Assembly: GCA_963665095.1 (NCBI GenBank)
Contig: OY762069.1
Location: 320,001 to 384,000 of the forward strand
Direction: 5' to 3'
Source of the DNA: an uncultured Desulfobacter sp.
Lineage (GTDB): Bacteria; Desulfobacterota; Desulfobacteria; Desulfobacterales; Desulfobacteraceae
Length of the DNA stretch: 64,000 bases
Part shown: in pieces, positions 17,334 through 27,807 of the stretch
How the letters are laid out: each line of letters begins with the position of its first letter
How positions within the stretch are numbered: position 1 is the first letter of the stretch
Notes under the pieces: generated by a model
The model's database searches: none
What the model was told of the DNA's origin: nothing
Seen by the model: only the letters and a program-made list of their open reading frames with translations
Position numbers and translations under genes: made by a program

Positions 17334-19248
17334 GTGCGCCACGAGGGCGCAGGATACCAGCGGATGAAAGTTCCGCCCGGGAAATTATCGGTTCATCCCG
17401 GTAGCGACCCAGACAGTGGGATAGGGAGACCTTCCTGCTGAAGCTCTGGGGACAGATGTAAGCCTATAGGGCTGCAGCAACCTGGCAGGCCGCAACGTGA
17501 GTGAACCTTGAGCAGGCCTCGAAAGGACAGTCGTGGATGCCGACCCGCCCAACATTCGGGGAAGGCCGAAGCGGAACGGGGATGTAACCGATCCACTCGT
17601 TTCGATCCACCGGGGTAATGAGGGCAGCATGCCAGGAAGGTATTCTGGGTAACGTGGGAGACCCGTCCCGAATGCGGAGTAGTGACCCGCAACAATCCAT
17701 TCGTGAATTGGTTCGGGCGGGAGTCGGAGAGGGCAATAGTACCGATGATTCCGGGTAATGCCGGTTGAGGGAAGTGCCCTTACTTCTGATGTTCTTTTGA
17801 AAGAAATGAGATGAGGTGATTGGCTATGGGCCTAGAAACACCAAACAGGATTCGGACTTTCCAGAGAAAGATTTACCTTAAGGCGAAGTCGGAACCGGAC
17901 TATCGATTTTATCTTCTTTATGACAAGATATATCGACCCGACATCCTTTTACATGCCTATTTGTCGGCAAAGCTGAATAAAGGCTCGGCCGGAGTAGATG
18001 GGGTAACCTTCAAACAAATTGAAGAGAAGGGGCTCGGAGAATGGTTGTCCGGGATCAGAAATGAATTACGTGAAAAGACATACAAGCCACAGCCTGTTTT
18101 ACGTGTAATGATCCCAAAACCAAATGGGGGGAGTCGTCCGCTTGGGATTCCTACCATAAGGGACAGGGTAGTTCAAACCGCAACCAAACTGGTCATAGAG
18201 CCTATATTTGAAGCAGATCTTGAGCCCAATACATTCGGCTATCGTCCAAAACGCAGTGCTTTGGATGCCATCCAAATGGTCCACCAATTGCTTTGCCAGG
18301 GTTACACCGATGTTGTTGATGCGGACTTGTCCAAGTATTTTGACACGATTCCACACAGCGAATTGATCAAGTGTGTAAGCCGCAGGATTGTGGATCGTAA
18401 TGTGCTCAGGCTGATTAAATTATGGCTCAAAGTGCCGGTAGAGAAGCGGGATAAAGATGGCCGGGGGCAAATGAGCGGCGGCCGGAAGAATCAACAAGGA
18501 ACGCCGCAAGGAGGCGTTATCAGCCCTCTGCTGGCCAATATATACATGAATCGATTTCTGAAATACTGGCGGATCAAAGGATGCAATGAAATCTTCCGTG
18601 CTCGGATTGTCTCATATGCGGATGATTTCGTTATCCTGAGCCGAGGCAGGGCGTCAGATGCGTTGAATCTGACCGATGCCGTTATGACGCGACTTGGACT
18701 CAAATTGAATCAGGACAAGACCGTCATTGTAAATGCCCAAAACGGGGATTTTGATTTTCTCGGCTATACCTTTGGGCAGATCTGGTTTCGGAAAACAGGA
18801 AGAAGGTATATGGGGGCAAGTCCATCAAAGAAGAGCGTGAAACGGTTGAAACAGAAGGTGAGAACTATTCTGCGCCCTGGTGAGAAGGGCGCATGGCCGG
18901 ATGTTAGAGATCGGCTGAACGACCTATTGCAGGGTTGGAGTGCTTACTTCTGTTACGGCACGACCCAGATAGCCTATCGTGCTGTTGAACGGCATGTCTA
19001 TAATCGCGTCAGACGTTTTCTGGTCAGTCGGCACAAAGTGCGTTCACAAGGCATACGCCGGTTTCCATCACAGAGAGTATTTGGTGAACTTGGGGTACTC
19101 TTACCGAGACCGATGAAACGTACCGTACGACGTGTGCCTTAAGGTGAAGTCAGTCGGAAAGCCGGATGCGGTAGCACCGCACGTCCGGTTTGATGAGCAG
19201 GGGCAGGAAACGGAACGGATTTGTCACCGCGCTTGCCCTTGACTCTAC
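17334..19248 (+). mobile_element. Group II intron, apparently complete
   Basis: 5' GTGCG at 17334; domain V AAAGCCGGATGCGGTAGCACCGCACGTCCGGTTT (19158-19191); DVI GGGCAGG...CTTGCCC...CTCTAC 3' end; EBS1 CAACAT (17550-17555) complementary to exon IBS1 ATGTTG (17328-17333). Confidence 0.95.
17826..19142 (+). CDS. ltrA: Group II intron reverse transcriptase/maturase without endonuclease domain
   Basis: RPLGIPTIRDRVVQ, GTPQGGVISPLLANIY, YADD, FDFLGY, maturase X domain; no HNH. Confidence 0.95.
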   Translation: MGLETPNRIRTFQRKIYLKAKSEPDYRFYLLYDKIYRPDILLHAYLSAKLNKGSAGVDGVTFKQIEEKGLGEWLSGIRNELREKTYKPQPVLRVMIPKPNGGSRPLGIPTIRDRVVQTATKLVIEPIFEADLEPNTFGYRPKRSALDAIQMVHQLLCQGYTDVVDADLSKYFDTIPHSELIKCVSRRIVDRNVLRLIKLWLKVPVEKRDKDGRGQMSGGRKNQQGTPQGGVISPLLANIYMNRFLKYWRIKGCNEIFRARIVSYADDFVILSRGRASDALNLTDAVMTRLGLKLNQDKTVIVNAQNGDFDFLGYTFGQIWFRKTGRRYMGASPSKKSVKRLKQKVRTILRPGEKGAWPDVRDRLNDLLQGWSAYFCYGTTQIAYRAVERHVYNRVRRFLVSRHKVRSQGIRRFPSQRVFGELGVLLPRPMKRTVRRVP

Positions 19249-19277
19249 TGCCAGCCTTCAAAAACTAAAAATCAAGA

Positions 19278-19322
19278 TTATTGGAGATTACGTGTATTAT
19301 TATAAGTATGTTACCCTGCGGC
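19278..19322 (-). repeat. Dispersed repeat copy (GGGTAAC..ATAATAATACACGTAATCTCCAATAA)
   Basis: 26-nt exact reverse-complement match to 54038-54063. Confidence 0.75.
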
Positions 19323-19627
19323 AACAGCCTCTTTGAACTGGTATTCAAAGAGGACCTGTCGTTTGTAGGACAGTAAGCCGTGGCAGGTATTCATGGACGT
19401 TCCGGCAATTGCAGGGAAGGATGAACTCTGATATATAACACTACCAATACAACCGCCAACTATCTGATACGGATTAATTAAGATAGCGCCGATAGAGGCC
19501 AGCGGTTCTGGCAACACGTTTGTAAGACTGCCGGAAGAAAATTTTTTAAGAATAGCTCCGATTCGGTGAAAAAAAACGATTTAATCCGCAGAATGAGTAT
19601 GTACCGTTCCATAAAAGGAGGCATGTC

Positions 19628-22120
19628 ATGAAAAGCAGCATCCGGGAACCTGACGCCCTTTCTTGCAGAATTCAATGGCTCAGGGACTATTATTTCAACG
19701 GGGCAGAAAGAGCGTGGAACAACGAATTTACCTGCTGGACCACCGGCACCCCCTGGGATCGCCAGTATCACGAGTTCACCTACTATATTGTCCCGGAAGC
19801 CTATGAGATGTTCGATGTCATGAAGGGCGGCTACCAACAGGCCGCCAGGCCTGTTGATCTGCCCAACCATTTCTGGGAAATGACGCTTCCTGAACGACGG
19901 GCCTGGTTTGTCCGTGAGACGCTGGTGAACCATGTGCCCCAGGAGATGCTTCCCGGGGATCTTCTGGCCGGTGCCCGCTTCAACATCCAGACCTCCATGT
20001 GCCTGACCCGAAAGGCGCAGAAAAAATATGACCGGCTGCTGACTGCCCGCAACGGGGCCAGGGCCAGGGTGAAATGGTTCCATGACCATGGCTATGGAAA
20101 TGCCGGCGCCACCTGCGGGCACCTTGTTCCCGGCCATGAAAGGGTGCTGAAACTTGGATGGACCGGTCTCTTGGAAGAGCTGGAGGATCGGTATAGACGC
20201 CTTACGGAAAAAGAGAAAAAAGGACCTAAGGGCGGCCAGCTTAGAGCCATGATAACTTCTGCCGGCATGCCGGGGGAACTGGCGCAGAAATATGCCGTGC
20301 TCTGCAGGACTCTGGCCGCTGCCGAAAAAGAAAGCGGCAGAAAAAAGGAGCTGGGGCAGATCGCAGAAAATCTTGTCAATATCACCCGGAAACCGCCCAA
20401 AACGTTCTGGGAGGCGGTTCAGGCCCTGTGGTTGACCCATATGCTGATCATGAGCGATGAAAATTACCCGGGGCCCGGTGTCTCTTTAGGCAGAATTGAT
20501 CAGTATCTCTATCCCTTCTGGGAGTACTCGAAAAACCAGGGCATGGACCGGGAGTTTGCCAAGGAGATTCTGAAATGTTTCTGGATTCACTGCAATACAG
20601 CCTATGACGCCACCATCCGTTGTGGCAACCAGGGTATCACGGCAGGCTACGGCCAGCTGATCACCCTGTCCGGCATGGGATTGGATGGTGAAGATCTCAC
20701 CAATGAGCTGACCTATCTGATCCTGGAAGTGATTGACGAGATGTCCCCCATCCTGGAACCCAAGCCCAATGTCCGGCTGCACAAAAAATCACCGGACCGG
20801 CTTCTTACAACCATTGTGGAGATGATTCAAAAAAGCCAGGGTGCCCCGTTCCTTCTCAATTTTGATGAACGTTCCATGGCCGGCATGATGCGTCAGGGAA
20901 AGCTTGCCGGTCTGAACAACCTGATCAGCCTGGAAAATGTCCATGAGTATGCCCCAGTGGGGTGCCTTGAAAATACCATGGTGGGAAACGACCGGTCCGG
21001 CACCGTGGACAACAACCTGAACCTGTTAAAGGCGGTTGAACTGGCCATGAACAATGGAAAAGACCTTGTTCCCTTTTGCGATCCCATGACTGGAAAAGTG
21101 GAAAAAATCCGCCGGGACGGACCTGCCACGGGAGAGCCCGGGGATTTTACAACCTTTGATGCCTTTTATAATGCTTTTGAACGGCAGATGGCCTTCATAG
21201 TAGAAAAGTGCGTGGACCTTTATGAGGCCTCTGAGTCGGTCCGGGCACAGTTCTTCCCCACCCCGTATCTCTCCTGCCTGGTCAAAGGCTGTGCGCAAAA
21301 AGGGCGTGATATCACCCAGGGGGGCGCGGAAATCAGTTTTACCACCCTTGAGGCAGTCACCTACGCCACCACAGTTGACTCTCTTCTTGCCATTAAATAT
21401 CTGGTGTACGACACCAAAGAGTGCACCCTTGAAGAGTTGTCAAAGGCTTTGGCTGCCAACTGGGAAGGGTATGAAATCCTTCAGGCAAAGGCAAAAAACA
21501 GGGCACCCAAATATGGACGGGACGATGACGAAGCCGATGCCATGGGCCGAAAGGTCATGGAACTGTGGTGCAATGAGGCCTGGAAGCACACAACTAAATC
21601 CACGGGCCGGCGATTCCGGCCGGGTATGCTCAGCTGGAATTACTGGGCCTCGGACGGCTATGTCATGGCGGCCAGCGCGGATGGCAGAAAACGGGGGCAG
21701 TTCCTTTCCAATGCCATCTGCCCCTCAAACGGGGCAGACATCAACGGGCCAACATCCAACACCAACTCCGTGGGAAAGGTCCTTGGCGGAAAAGCGGACA
21801 ACGATCAAAGTGACTTCAACGGATATGTCAATTTCCTGCCCAACGGTGCCAGCCACACCATGACCTTTAACCCTTCCATGATCCGGGATGCGGAACATAA
21901 AAACAAATTCATCGCCTTTCTCAAAGGCTATACTCAAAACGGCGGCACTGCCCTTCAGATCAATATGCTGGATCCGGCCATGCTCCTTGATGCCCAGAAG
22001 CATCCCCGTGACTATCGCCATTTACTGGTGCGGATTACCGGGTACAATGCCTACTTTACAACCATCGGCAAAGAGCTGCAGGATGAGGTGATTCACCGGC
22101 TCTCCCACAGCCGTTTTTAA
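19628..22120 (+). CDS. Glycyl radical enzyme (PFL2-like family), substrate unknown
   Basis: SLGRIDQYLYP, Cys loop VGCLE, C-terminal LLVRITGYNAYF glycyl radical motif; AGGAGG RBS. Confidence 0.93.
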   Translation: MKSSIREPDALSCRIQWLRDYYFNGAERAWNNEFTCWTTGTPWDRQYHEFTYYIVPEAYEMFDVMKGGYQQAARPVDLPNHFWEMTLPERRAWFVRETLVNHVPQEMLPGDLLAGARFNIQTSMCLTRKAQKKYDRLLTARNGARARVKWFHDHGYGNAGATCGHLVPGHERVLKLGWTGLLEELEDRYRRLTEKEKKGPKGGQLRAMITSAGMPGELAQKYAVLCRTLAAAEKESGRKKELGQIAENLVNITRKPPKTFWEAVQALWLTHMLIMSDENYPGPGVSLGRIDQYLYPFWEYSKNQGMDREFAKEILKCFWIHCNTAYDATIRCGNQGITAGYGQLITLSGMGLDGEDLTNELTYLILEVIDEMSPILEPKPNVRLHKKSPDRLLTTIVEMIQKSQGAPFLLNFDERSMAGMMRQGKLAGLNNLISLENVHEYAPVGCLENTMVGNDRSGTVDNNLNLLKAVELAMNNGKDLVPFCDPMTGKVEKIRRDGPATGEPGDFTTFDAFYNAFERQMAFIVEKCVDLYEASESVRAQFFPTPYLSCLVKGCAQKGRDITQGGAEISFTTLEAVTYATTVDSLLAIKYLVYDTKECTLEELSKALAANWEGYEILQAKAKNRAPKYGRDDDEADAMGRKVMELWCNEAWKHTTKSTGRRFRPGMLSWNYWASDGYVMAASADGRKRGQFLSNAICPSNGADINGPTSNTNSVGKVLGGKADNDQSDFNGYVNFLPNGASHTMTFNPSMIRDAEHKNKFIAFLKGYTQNGGTALQINMLDPAMLLDAQKHPRDYRHLLVRITGYNAYFTTIGKELQDEVIHRLSHSRF

Positions 22121-22132
22121 AAAGGCCTGTCC

Positions 22133-23101
22133 ATGAGCGGGAATTGTACAGGAAGCGTCCTTGACATTCAACGCATGTCCACCGAAGACGGCCCGGGCCT
22201 GCGGACCACTGTCTTTTTAAAGGGGTGTCCGCTTCACTGCACCTGGTGTCACAATCCGGAAAGCATTGATCCGGCACCTGAGCTTTGCTGGCATGCCACT
22301 GCCTGCATCGGGTGCCGAACCTGTATCGACGCCTGTGAAAAATCGGCCCTCTCTTTGAACGAAACAGGGGTTTTTATTCACAAAGATCTGTGCACAGGGT
22401 GTGGGAAATGTGCGGATGCGTGTCCTGCCCTGGCCCTGGTGCTCTCCGGGACAGAATGGACAGTCGAAGATCTTGTGGCCGAGCTTGTTAAAGACCGTGC
22501 CTTTTTTGAGCATTCAGACAGCGGTGGCATCACCCTTTCCGGTGGAGAGATGACCCTGCAGGCCGATTTCTGCGGCAAGGTTCTGGAGGCTCTTGGCCGT
22601 CACAGCATCCATACCGCCATTGACACCTGCGGCCAGTGTGCCCAATCCTCTCTGGAAAAAGTCCTGCCCCACACTGACCTGGTCCTGTTTGACTTAAAAG
22701 AGATGGATCCTGGAAAACATAAGGCGTTTACCGGACTGTCCAATACCAGCATTCTTGAAAATGCCCGGTTTGTTGCCCACTGGATCCAGAGCCATGAACG
22801 GCCGAAATCCATGTGGATCCGCACCCCGGTTATTCCAGGGGCCACCCTGGACCCGGATAGCATTAGGGCCATGGGGCGGTTTATTGCAGAAAATCTAGCG
22901 CTTTCGGTTTCCCGGTGGGAGCTGTGTACCTTTAATAACCTGTGCCGGGATAAATATGAGGCCCGGGGGGTATCATGGCAACACAGCCGGACAGAACTGG
23001 TAACAAGGGAAGAGATTGAACATCTTGTGACACTGGCAAAGGATTCCGGCATTGATCCAGCCATCGTTCACTGGAGCGGTTCAATCCGTAATGAAACCTG
23101 A
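22133..23101 (+). CDS. Glycyl radical enzyme activating protein (radical SAM with ferredoxin insert)
   Basis: DGPGLRTTVFLKGCPLHCTWCHNPES, two CxxCxxCxxxC clusters, GGITLSGGE. Confidence 0.95.
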   Translation: MSGNCTGSVLDIQRMSTEDGPGLRTTVFLKGCPLHCTWCHNPESIDPAPELCWHATACIGCRTCIDACEKSALSLNETGVFIHKDLCTGCGKCADACPALALVLSGTEWTVEDLVAELVKDRAFFEHSDSGGITLSGGEMTLQADFCGKVLEALGRHSIHTAIDTCGQCAQSSLEKVLPHTDLVLFDLKEMDPGKHKAFTGLSNTSILENARFVAHWIQSHERPKSMWIRTPVIPGATLDPDSIRAMGRFIAENLALSVSRWELCTFNNLCRDKYEARGVSWQHSRTELVTREEIEHLVTLAKDSGIDPAIVHWSGSIRNET

Positions 23102-23134
23102 AATCAGGATAAAACTTATAAAGAAAGGGGAGAT

Positions 23135-23983
23135 ATGGAACTGGTTACCACATTTGAGCAGCAGGATATTCAGGCAATGGCCCCCCTTGAAAAAATCGGC
23201 CTTTACGCCACCATCAATCCGGAGGGGCTTCCCCATATCACCTTTGTCAACTCTTTGATGGCAAGCGCTGCAGATGAACTGACCTTCGGGCAGTTTGTCC
23301 GGGGGCGAAGCAAATGGTTCATGCAGCTCAACCCCAAAACCGCCTTTTTCATTCTCGCCCCGCAGCAGAAACAGATGTGGTTTGGCACAGCCCTGTGGAA
23401 GGCAAAAAAAGATGAGGGACCAGAGCTGGATAAATACAAGGCCATGCCCATGCAGCGGTACAACTCCTATTTTCCCATCTACAGGGTCCATTATCTGGAT
23501 CTGGTCCGGACAACCAGCGCGCTTAAAATACCTGTTTTTTCGGTTCTGACCTCAGTGCTTGGTGCACTGGCTGCCAGGAGAAGCGCTAGGACCCGTATTG
23601 AGAAAAGGGTGATGAATCCATATAGTGAAGCATTGTTCAACAGGCTTAACGCGCTTAAATTCATGGCCTTTAAAGGGGCCGACGGGTTTCCGGTATTGAT
23701 TCCCGTCTTTGGTACCTTTGCCGCTGACAGCCGGCGTATTGTGTTTCATCCGGGACCCTTTGGTACGCTTCTGTCAGGGCTGCAGGACGGCCAGGACATT
23801 GCCGTATTTGCCCTGAGCCTGAAGCTGGAAAACGTTCTGGTCCGGGGAACATTCAAGGCGTTTAGAAACAAATTCGGCTTTCGCACCGGCATCATTGATG
23901 TTGTTTGGGTTTACAACTCCATGCCGCCCAATGCCGGCCAGATTTATCCTGAAGTCCCTTTGTCACCTGTGACCCGGTTTTGA
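23135..23983 (+). CDS. Tandem pyridoxamine-5'-phosphate-oxidase-like (FMN split-barrel) protein
   Basis: ATINPEGLPHIT...SKWFMQLNPK and second repeat AFKGADGFPVLIP; operonic with the GRE. Confidence 0.7.
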   Translation: MELVTTFEQQDIQAMAPLEKIGLYATINPEGLPHITFVNSLMASAADELTFGQFVRGRSKWFMQLNPKTAFFILAPQQKQMWFGTALWKAKKDEGPELDKYKAMPMQRYNSYFPIYRVHYLDLVRTTSALKIPVFSVLTSVLGALAARRSARTRIEKRVMNPYSEALFNRLNALKFMAFKGADGFPVLIPVFGTFAADSRRIVFHPGPFGTLLSGLQDGQDIAVFALSLKLENVLVRGTFKAFRNKFGFRTGIIDVVWVYNSMPPNAGQIYPEVPLSPVTRF

Positions 23984-24145
23984 TATTTCAGTAACCGGAT
24001 TAAAGGGCGTTTTCTGCAGTTGATTATCGCCCTGTCTGGATTCAGGAATGTGATTGATATTGGCACATTCACCGGATACCATAGCCTTGGGCTATGGCCG
24101 AATCAATGAGAGTGCTGCAAAAAAGCGGTTTTATTGCTGTTCTGT

Positions 24146-25378
24146 TTATCGCAAAGATTTCGGCATGGCACGCACCACCCAGGTCAGAAGAGCGCAGCAG
24201 AATACGGCAATACAGATGCTCATGATGCCGAACACCAGAGCCCTGTTGTCCCATTCCAGGGAGACAATGCGCATGCCGATGCTGCCAACCAGAAGTCCGA
24301 AAAAATTGATGACTGAAGATGCGGCGCCTGGATTCTCTTTTACTGCATCCATCATGGGATCCATTGCCAGAGGCCGCTGCATGGCCGATGCTGCCGATCC
24401 CGGAAGTACGCAGATAATAAAGAGGAACGCATTTGACAGGCCAATGGTTGAAATCAGCACCCCGCTGATACCGATGGTTAAAAAAGTAAGAAAGGCCAGC
24501 CGGTTAAAGCCCAGCCTTCTGTTCAGGGGAACAAAGAGCAAAGGACCTATGATGCCGGCACCTGCGTTCAGGGCAAAAAGGAGGCTGAAGGTGCCGGCAG
24601 AAACCCCGAATTCCTTCATTAAAATAACGGCGGACCCGCCGATAAATCCAAAAATATAGATAAACGGCATGGAAAAGATGAGCAGTGCCCGGCTGAAAAA
24701 GGCGTTTTTAAATACGGAAAACAGGCCTGAAAAAACAGTGATCAGTGACAGATCATCTTGTCTGGTCTTGTTTTCCAGTATAAAAAAGACCCCGACAAGC
24801 GAAATGATTCCCACAAGTGTAAGCAGAACAAATACAATCCGCCACTGGCCAAATGCCAGAATGGCCGAACCCAGTGACGGACTGATCACAGGCGCCACCA
24901 TGGTGAGCGCGCCAAGGATGGCAAGGATCTTCTTTTTGGCATCTCCGGTGTAAGTGTCCTGGACAATGGCCAGGGATATGGTCAGAGGCGCGCCTGAAGC
25001 AATGGCCTGGATCACGCGCCAGATAATCATCTGGTAAACAGTCGCTGACACAACGCATCCGGCACTGGCAATGGTGAAAAGTGCAATGCCTGCAATCAGT
25101 GATGGTTTTCTGCCGTACTTTTCCGATACCGGGCCCCAGAGCAGGGTGGAAAAGGCAAAAAATACAAAAAACAGGACCAGGGTCAGGCTGGCGGTACTGT
25201 CCGAGGTGTTGAAGTTGGCGGCCATCTGGGGCAGTGCCGGCAGATACATATCTGTGGCCAATGGAGGGTAGGAGCCCATGAGGATGAGCAGTGCAGGTAA
25301 AAAGAAGCCTGTTTTCCGGTCTTGGGTCTGTGTGCTGATTTCTGACGCGGATTCTCGTATGCTTGCATTTTGGATCAT
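24146..25378 (-). CDS. Bcr/CflA-family MFS transporter
   Basis: LATDMYLPALP, GPVSEKYGRKP, about 12 TM segments. Confidence 0.92.
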   Translation of the reverse strand: MIQNASIRESASEISTQTQDRKTGFFLPALLILMGSYPPLATDMYLPALPQMAANFNTSDSTASLTLVLFFVFFAFSTLLWGPVSEKYGRKPSLIAGIALFTIASAGCVVSATVYQMIIWRVIQAIASGAPLTISLAIVQDTYTGDAKKKILAILGALTMVAPVISPSLGSAILAFGQWRIVFVLLTLVGIISLVGVFFILENKTRQDDLSLITVFSGLFSVFKNAFFSRALLIFSMPFIYIFGFIGGSAVILMKEFGVSAGTFSLLFALNAGAGIIGPLLFVPLNRRLGFNRLAFLTFLTIGISGVLISTIGLSNAFLFIICVLPGSAASAMQRPLAMDPMMDAVKENPGAASSVINFFGLLVGSIGMRIVSLEWDNRALVFGIMSICIAVFCCALLTWVVRAMPKSLR

Positions 25379-25672
25379 GTTTAAACCTATAGAAGACTAT
25401 TTGTATAAAATTATAAAATAAAGTCTGGGTTATACCTGTATCCATTTAGTTCTTCAAGGATTATTAGCGATTTGTAATTAAAAAGTTGACCAAGGTAATC
25501 ATCTGCCGGCCACAGCCGAGGGTGAACGCCTCTGACTTCAAGAAAGAAAGGGAATGTTTGGGCAGGTTCGGGCTTGAGATTAGATTTTGATTGCTCTATG
25601 ATTTGTGCAGAAATCAGGGCAAAAATCAAAGTGACGGAACGGTTATTTAGCGCAAAAGGATACCAAAAGACC

Positions 25673-26392
25673 ATGGCGGCACCGAAATACAGTAAAAAAA
25701 AGTTGATCCGGGAATCCATCAGACTCTTTTATAAAGACGGATATCAGAATACCACCATGCGCAAAATTGCAGATGCCAGCGGCATCTCACATCCGGCCAT
25801 ATTTGCGCATTTTAAAAACAAAGCCCAGATCGGTACGCTATTAATCTACCGGTATATAAACGGGGTGGTGACCCTGACCCGGCGTTACATTGCCGATACT
25901 GGCATTAACCCGGCCATGAACCACGAACCGCTTGTCTTTTACTGGACCATCCATTTTCATATGATGAAGGAGGATCAACGGCTGTTTAATTTTTCCAGGG
26001 AATTTTATGCGTCCCAGGATATATATGAAAATGAGTCCAGTCCGGTTTTTTTGCAGATGTTTCTGGACCTGCTGCAGGGTAGCCACTCCCAGGACCTTGA
26101 GCAGAACCTTGAGGACCTCAAACTGCAGACCCAGCTGGTCTCCACAGTGGCTTCCATTATGGTGTACAACTGTTATGCAAAAAGGATTTCACTTGAAAAG
26201 GCAGTGATAGAGTACTTCAATCTTCTCTATTCCATTCTGAAAATTCAAAGAAACATATCTGTCCGGGATATTGAGGCCTTTCTTTCCCGGAAAGCGTATC
26301 TTCAATACCTGAACTTCAACCTGCTCGAAGAAGTTCTGCTCACCGATTTTGGCCGGGAGTATCCACATCCACCGGCTCTGTCCCTGGCTTGA
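25673..26392 (+). CDS. TetR/AcrR-family transcriptional regulator
   Basis: LFYKDGYQNTTMRKIADASGISHPAIFAHFKNK; divergent from the MFS gene. Confidence 0.9.
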   Translation: MAAPKYSKKKLIRESIRLFYKDGYQNTTMRKIADASGISHPAIFAHFKNKAQIGTLLIYRYINGVVTLTRRYIADTGINPAMNHEPLVFYWTIHFHMMKEDQRLFNFSREFYASQDIYENESSPVFLQMFLDLLQGSHSQDLEQNLEDLKLQTQLVSTVASIMVYNCYAKRISLEKAVIEYFNLLYSILKIQRNISVRDIEAFLSRKAYLQYLNFNLLEEVLLTDFGREYPHPPALSLA

Positions 26393-26873
26393 TTATTTTT
26401 ATCTCCCGGATTCAAACACAAATGCCCTGACCCGATATGTATCCATCCATTTGCCGCAGGGCAATCATTGATGCTGCAATGGACGGACACAAGTTATGAG
26501 CCTGTCCGTGCCGGTCGCCCACTGCGGACAATTTCAAATGTCGGGCCGTCAGCGGTTGCTGCCGGTCGGCCGCAGCGGCACCAAAAAGGTTTATAGTTAA
26601 ACTCTTCATTCAAAAAAGCAAAGCCCTGTTGAAAAAACTGTCATAGAGGGCATATCTGCGTGCAATATCTTATTTCGTTTGTTTTAGCACTTCTCGTCCT
26701 CGGACTTTCAGGTGCACCGTATGAAGGTGTCTTTACACTCACAATGGTAAAATCACCTAATGTTCGGCTGTATGCTGCCCCAAAGTCGATGAGTTTGGTC
26801 AACCAAACTGTGATAAACGGTAAGATGACGGTTCTATTTTAGGGATATATCTGATTTTTTAAATTAGTAACTA

Positions 26874-26935
26874 TTGACAAATAAAACAGTTTTTTTTAAA
26901 AGCTTACCATGGTAAATAAACATTACCACGGTAAT
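26874..26935 (+). promoter_or_regulatory. Promoter region with tandem palindromic operators
   Basis: TTGACA at 26874; TTACCATGGTAA (26904-26915) and ATTACCACGGTAAT (26922-26935). Confidence 0.6.
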
Positions 26936-27003
26936 CTATAATTTTGAAGGATCCGGCTTATAAGCCTGAAGATCGGTTTGCCGTATAGAATGGAGAGTAC
27001 TGT

Positions 27004-27807
27004 ATGATAATTATCGGAGAAAAGATCAACGGAGCGATTCCTTCCGTTGCAGAGGCCATCAGCAAGAAAGACGAAGCGTTCATTAAAAATCTGGCAATAA
27101 CCCAGTCTGAAGCAGGGTCCACCTTTATTGATGTCTGTGCATCTGTGGATGTAAAAATTGAGCTTGAAACAATGAAATGGCTTATTGACCTGGTACAGGA
27201 TGTCACCGAAACCCCCATTGCGGTGGATAGTCCTGATGCCGGCATCTGCGCTGCAGCCATTGATTTCTGCAACAAGCCGGGCCTGGTTAACTCCGTGTCC
27301 ATGGAAGGGGACAAGATTGACGTGGTGTTCCCTAAGATTGCCGACACCAAATGGGAATGTGTCGCACTGCTCTGTGACGATACCGGCATTCCCAAAACCG
27401 CTGAAAAGCGTTTAGAGGTCTTTTCCGATATTATGGAAAAAGCCAAAGCGTATAATATTGACCCTTCCCGTCTGCACATTGATCCTCTGGTTGAAATGCT
27501 GTGCACATCAGAAGATGGTATCAAACCCATCATTGAGGTGATGCTGGAGATCAAGCGCCAGTATCCTGCCATTCATATCACTGGCGGTGCCTCCAACATC
27601 TCCTTTAACCTGCCAGCCAGAAAATTTGTGAACCAGGCGTTTCTCATTCTTGCCATGGGGGCTGGCATGGATTCTGCTATTATCAATCCGCTGCATAAGC
27701 ACATGATGGGTCTGATTTACGCCACTGAAGCCCTTAAGGGTGAGGATGAGTACTGCATGGAATATATAGAGGCCTACAGAGAGGGACTTTTCGGGCCGGT
27801 GAAATAA
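27004..27807 (+). CDS. Methyltetrahydrofolate:corrinoid methyltransferase (AcsE-like pterin-binding)
   Basis: MIIIGEKING, PIAVDSPD, IDPLV, GASNISFNLPAR, GMDSAIINP. Confidence 0.9.
   Translation: MIIIGEKINGAIPSVAEAISKKDEAFIKNLAITQSEAGSTFIDVCASVDVKIELETMKWLIDLVQDVTETPIAVDSPDAGICAAAIDFCNKPGLVNSVSMEGDKIDVVFPKIADTKWECVALLCDDTGIPKTAEKRLEVFSDIMEKAKAYNIDPSRLHIDPLVEMLCTSEDGIKPIIEVMLEIKRQYPAIHITGGASNISFNLPARKFVNQAFLILAMGAGMDSAIINPLHKHMMGLIYATEALKGEDEYCMEYIEAYREGLFGPVK

Noticed and set aside
17148..17736. Minus-strand ORFs around the intron 5' end as a host gene
   Set aside because: Most are antisense to intron RNA domains; rejoining the exons gives an in-frame stop four codons upstream of the junction.
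26412..26842. Short ORFs between TetR and the methyltransferase
   Set aside because: No recognisable motifs or RBS support.
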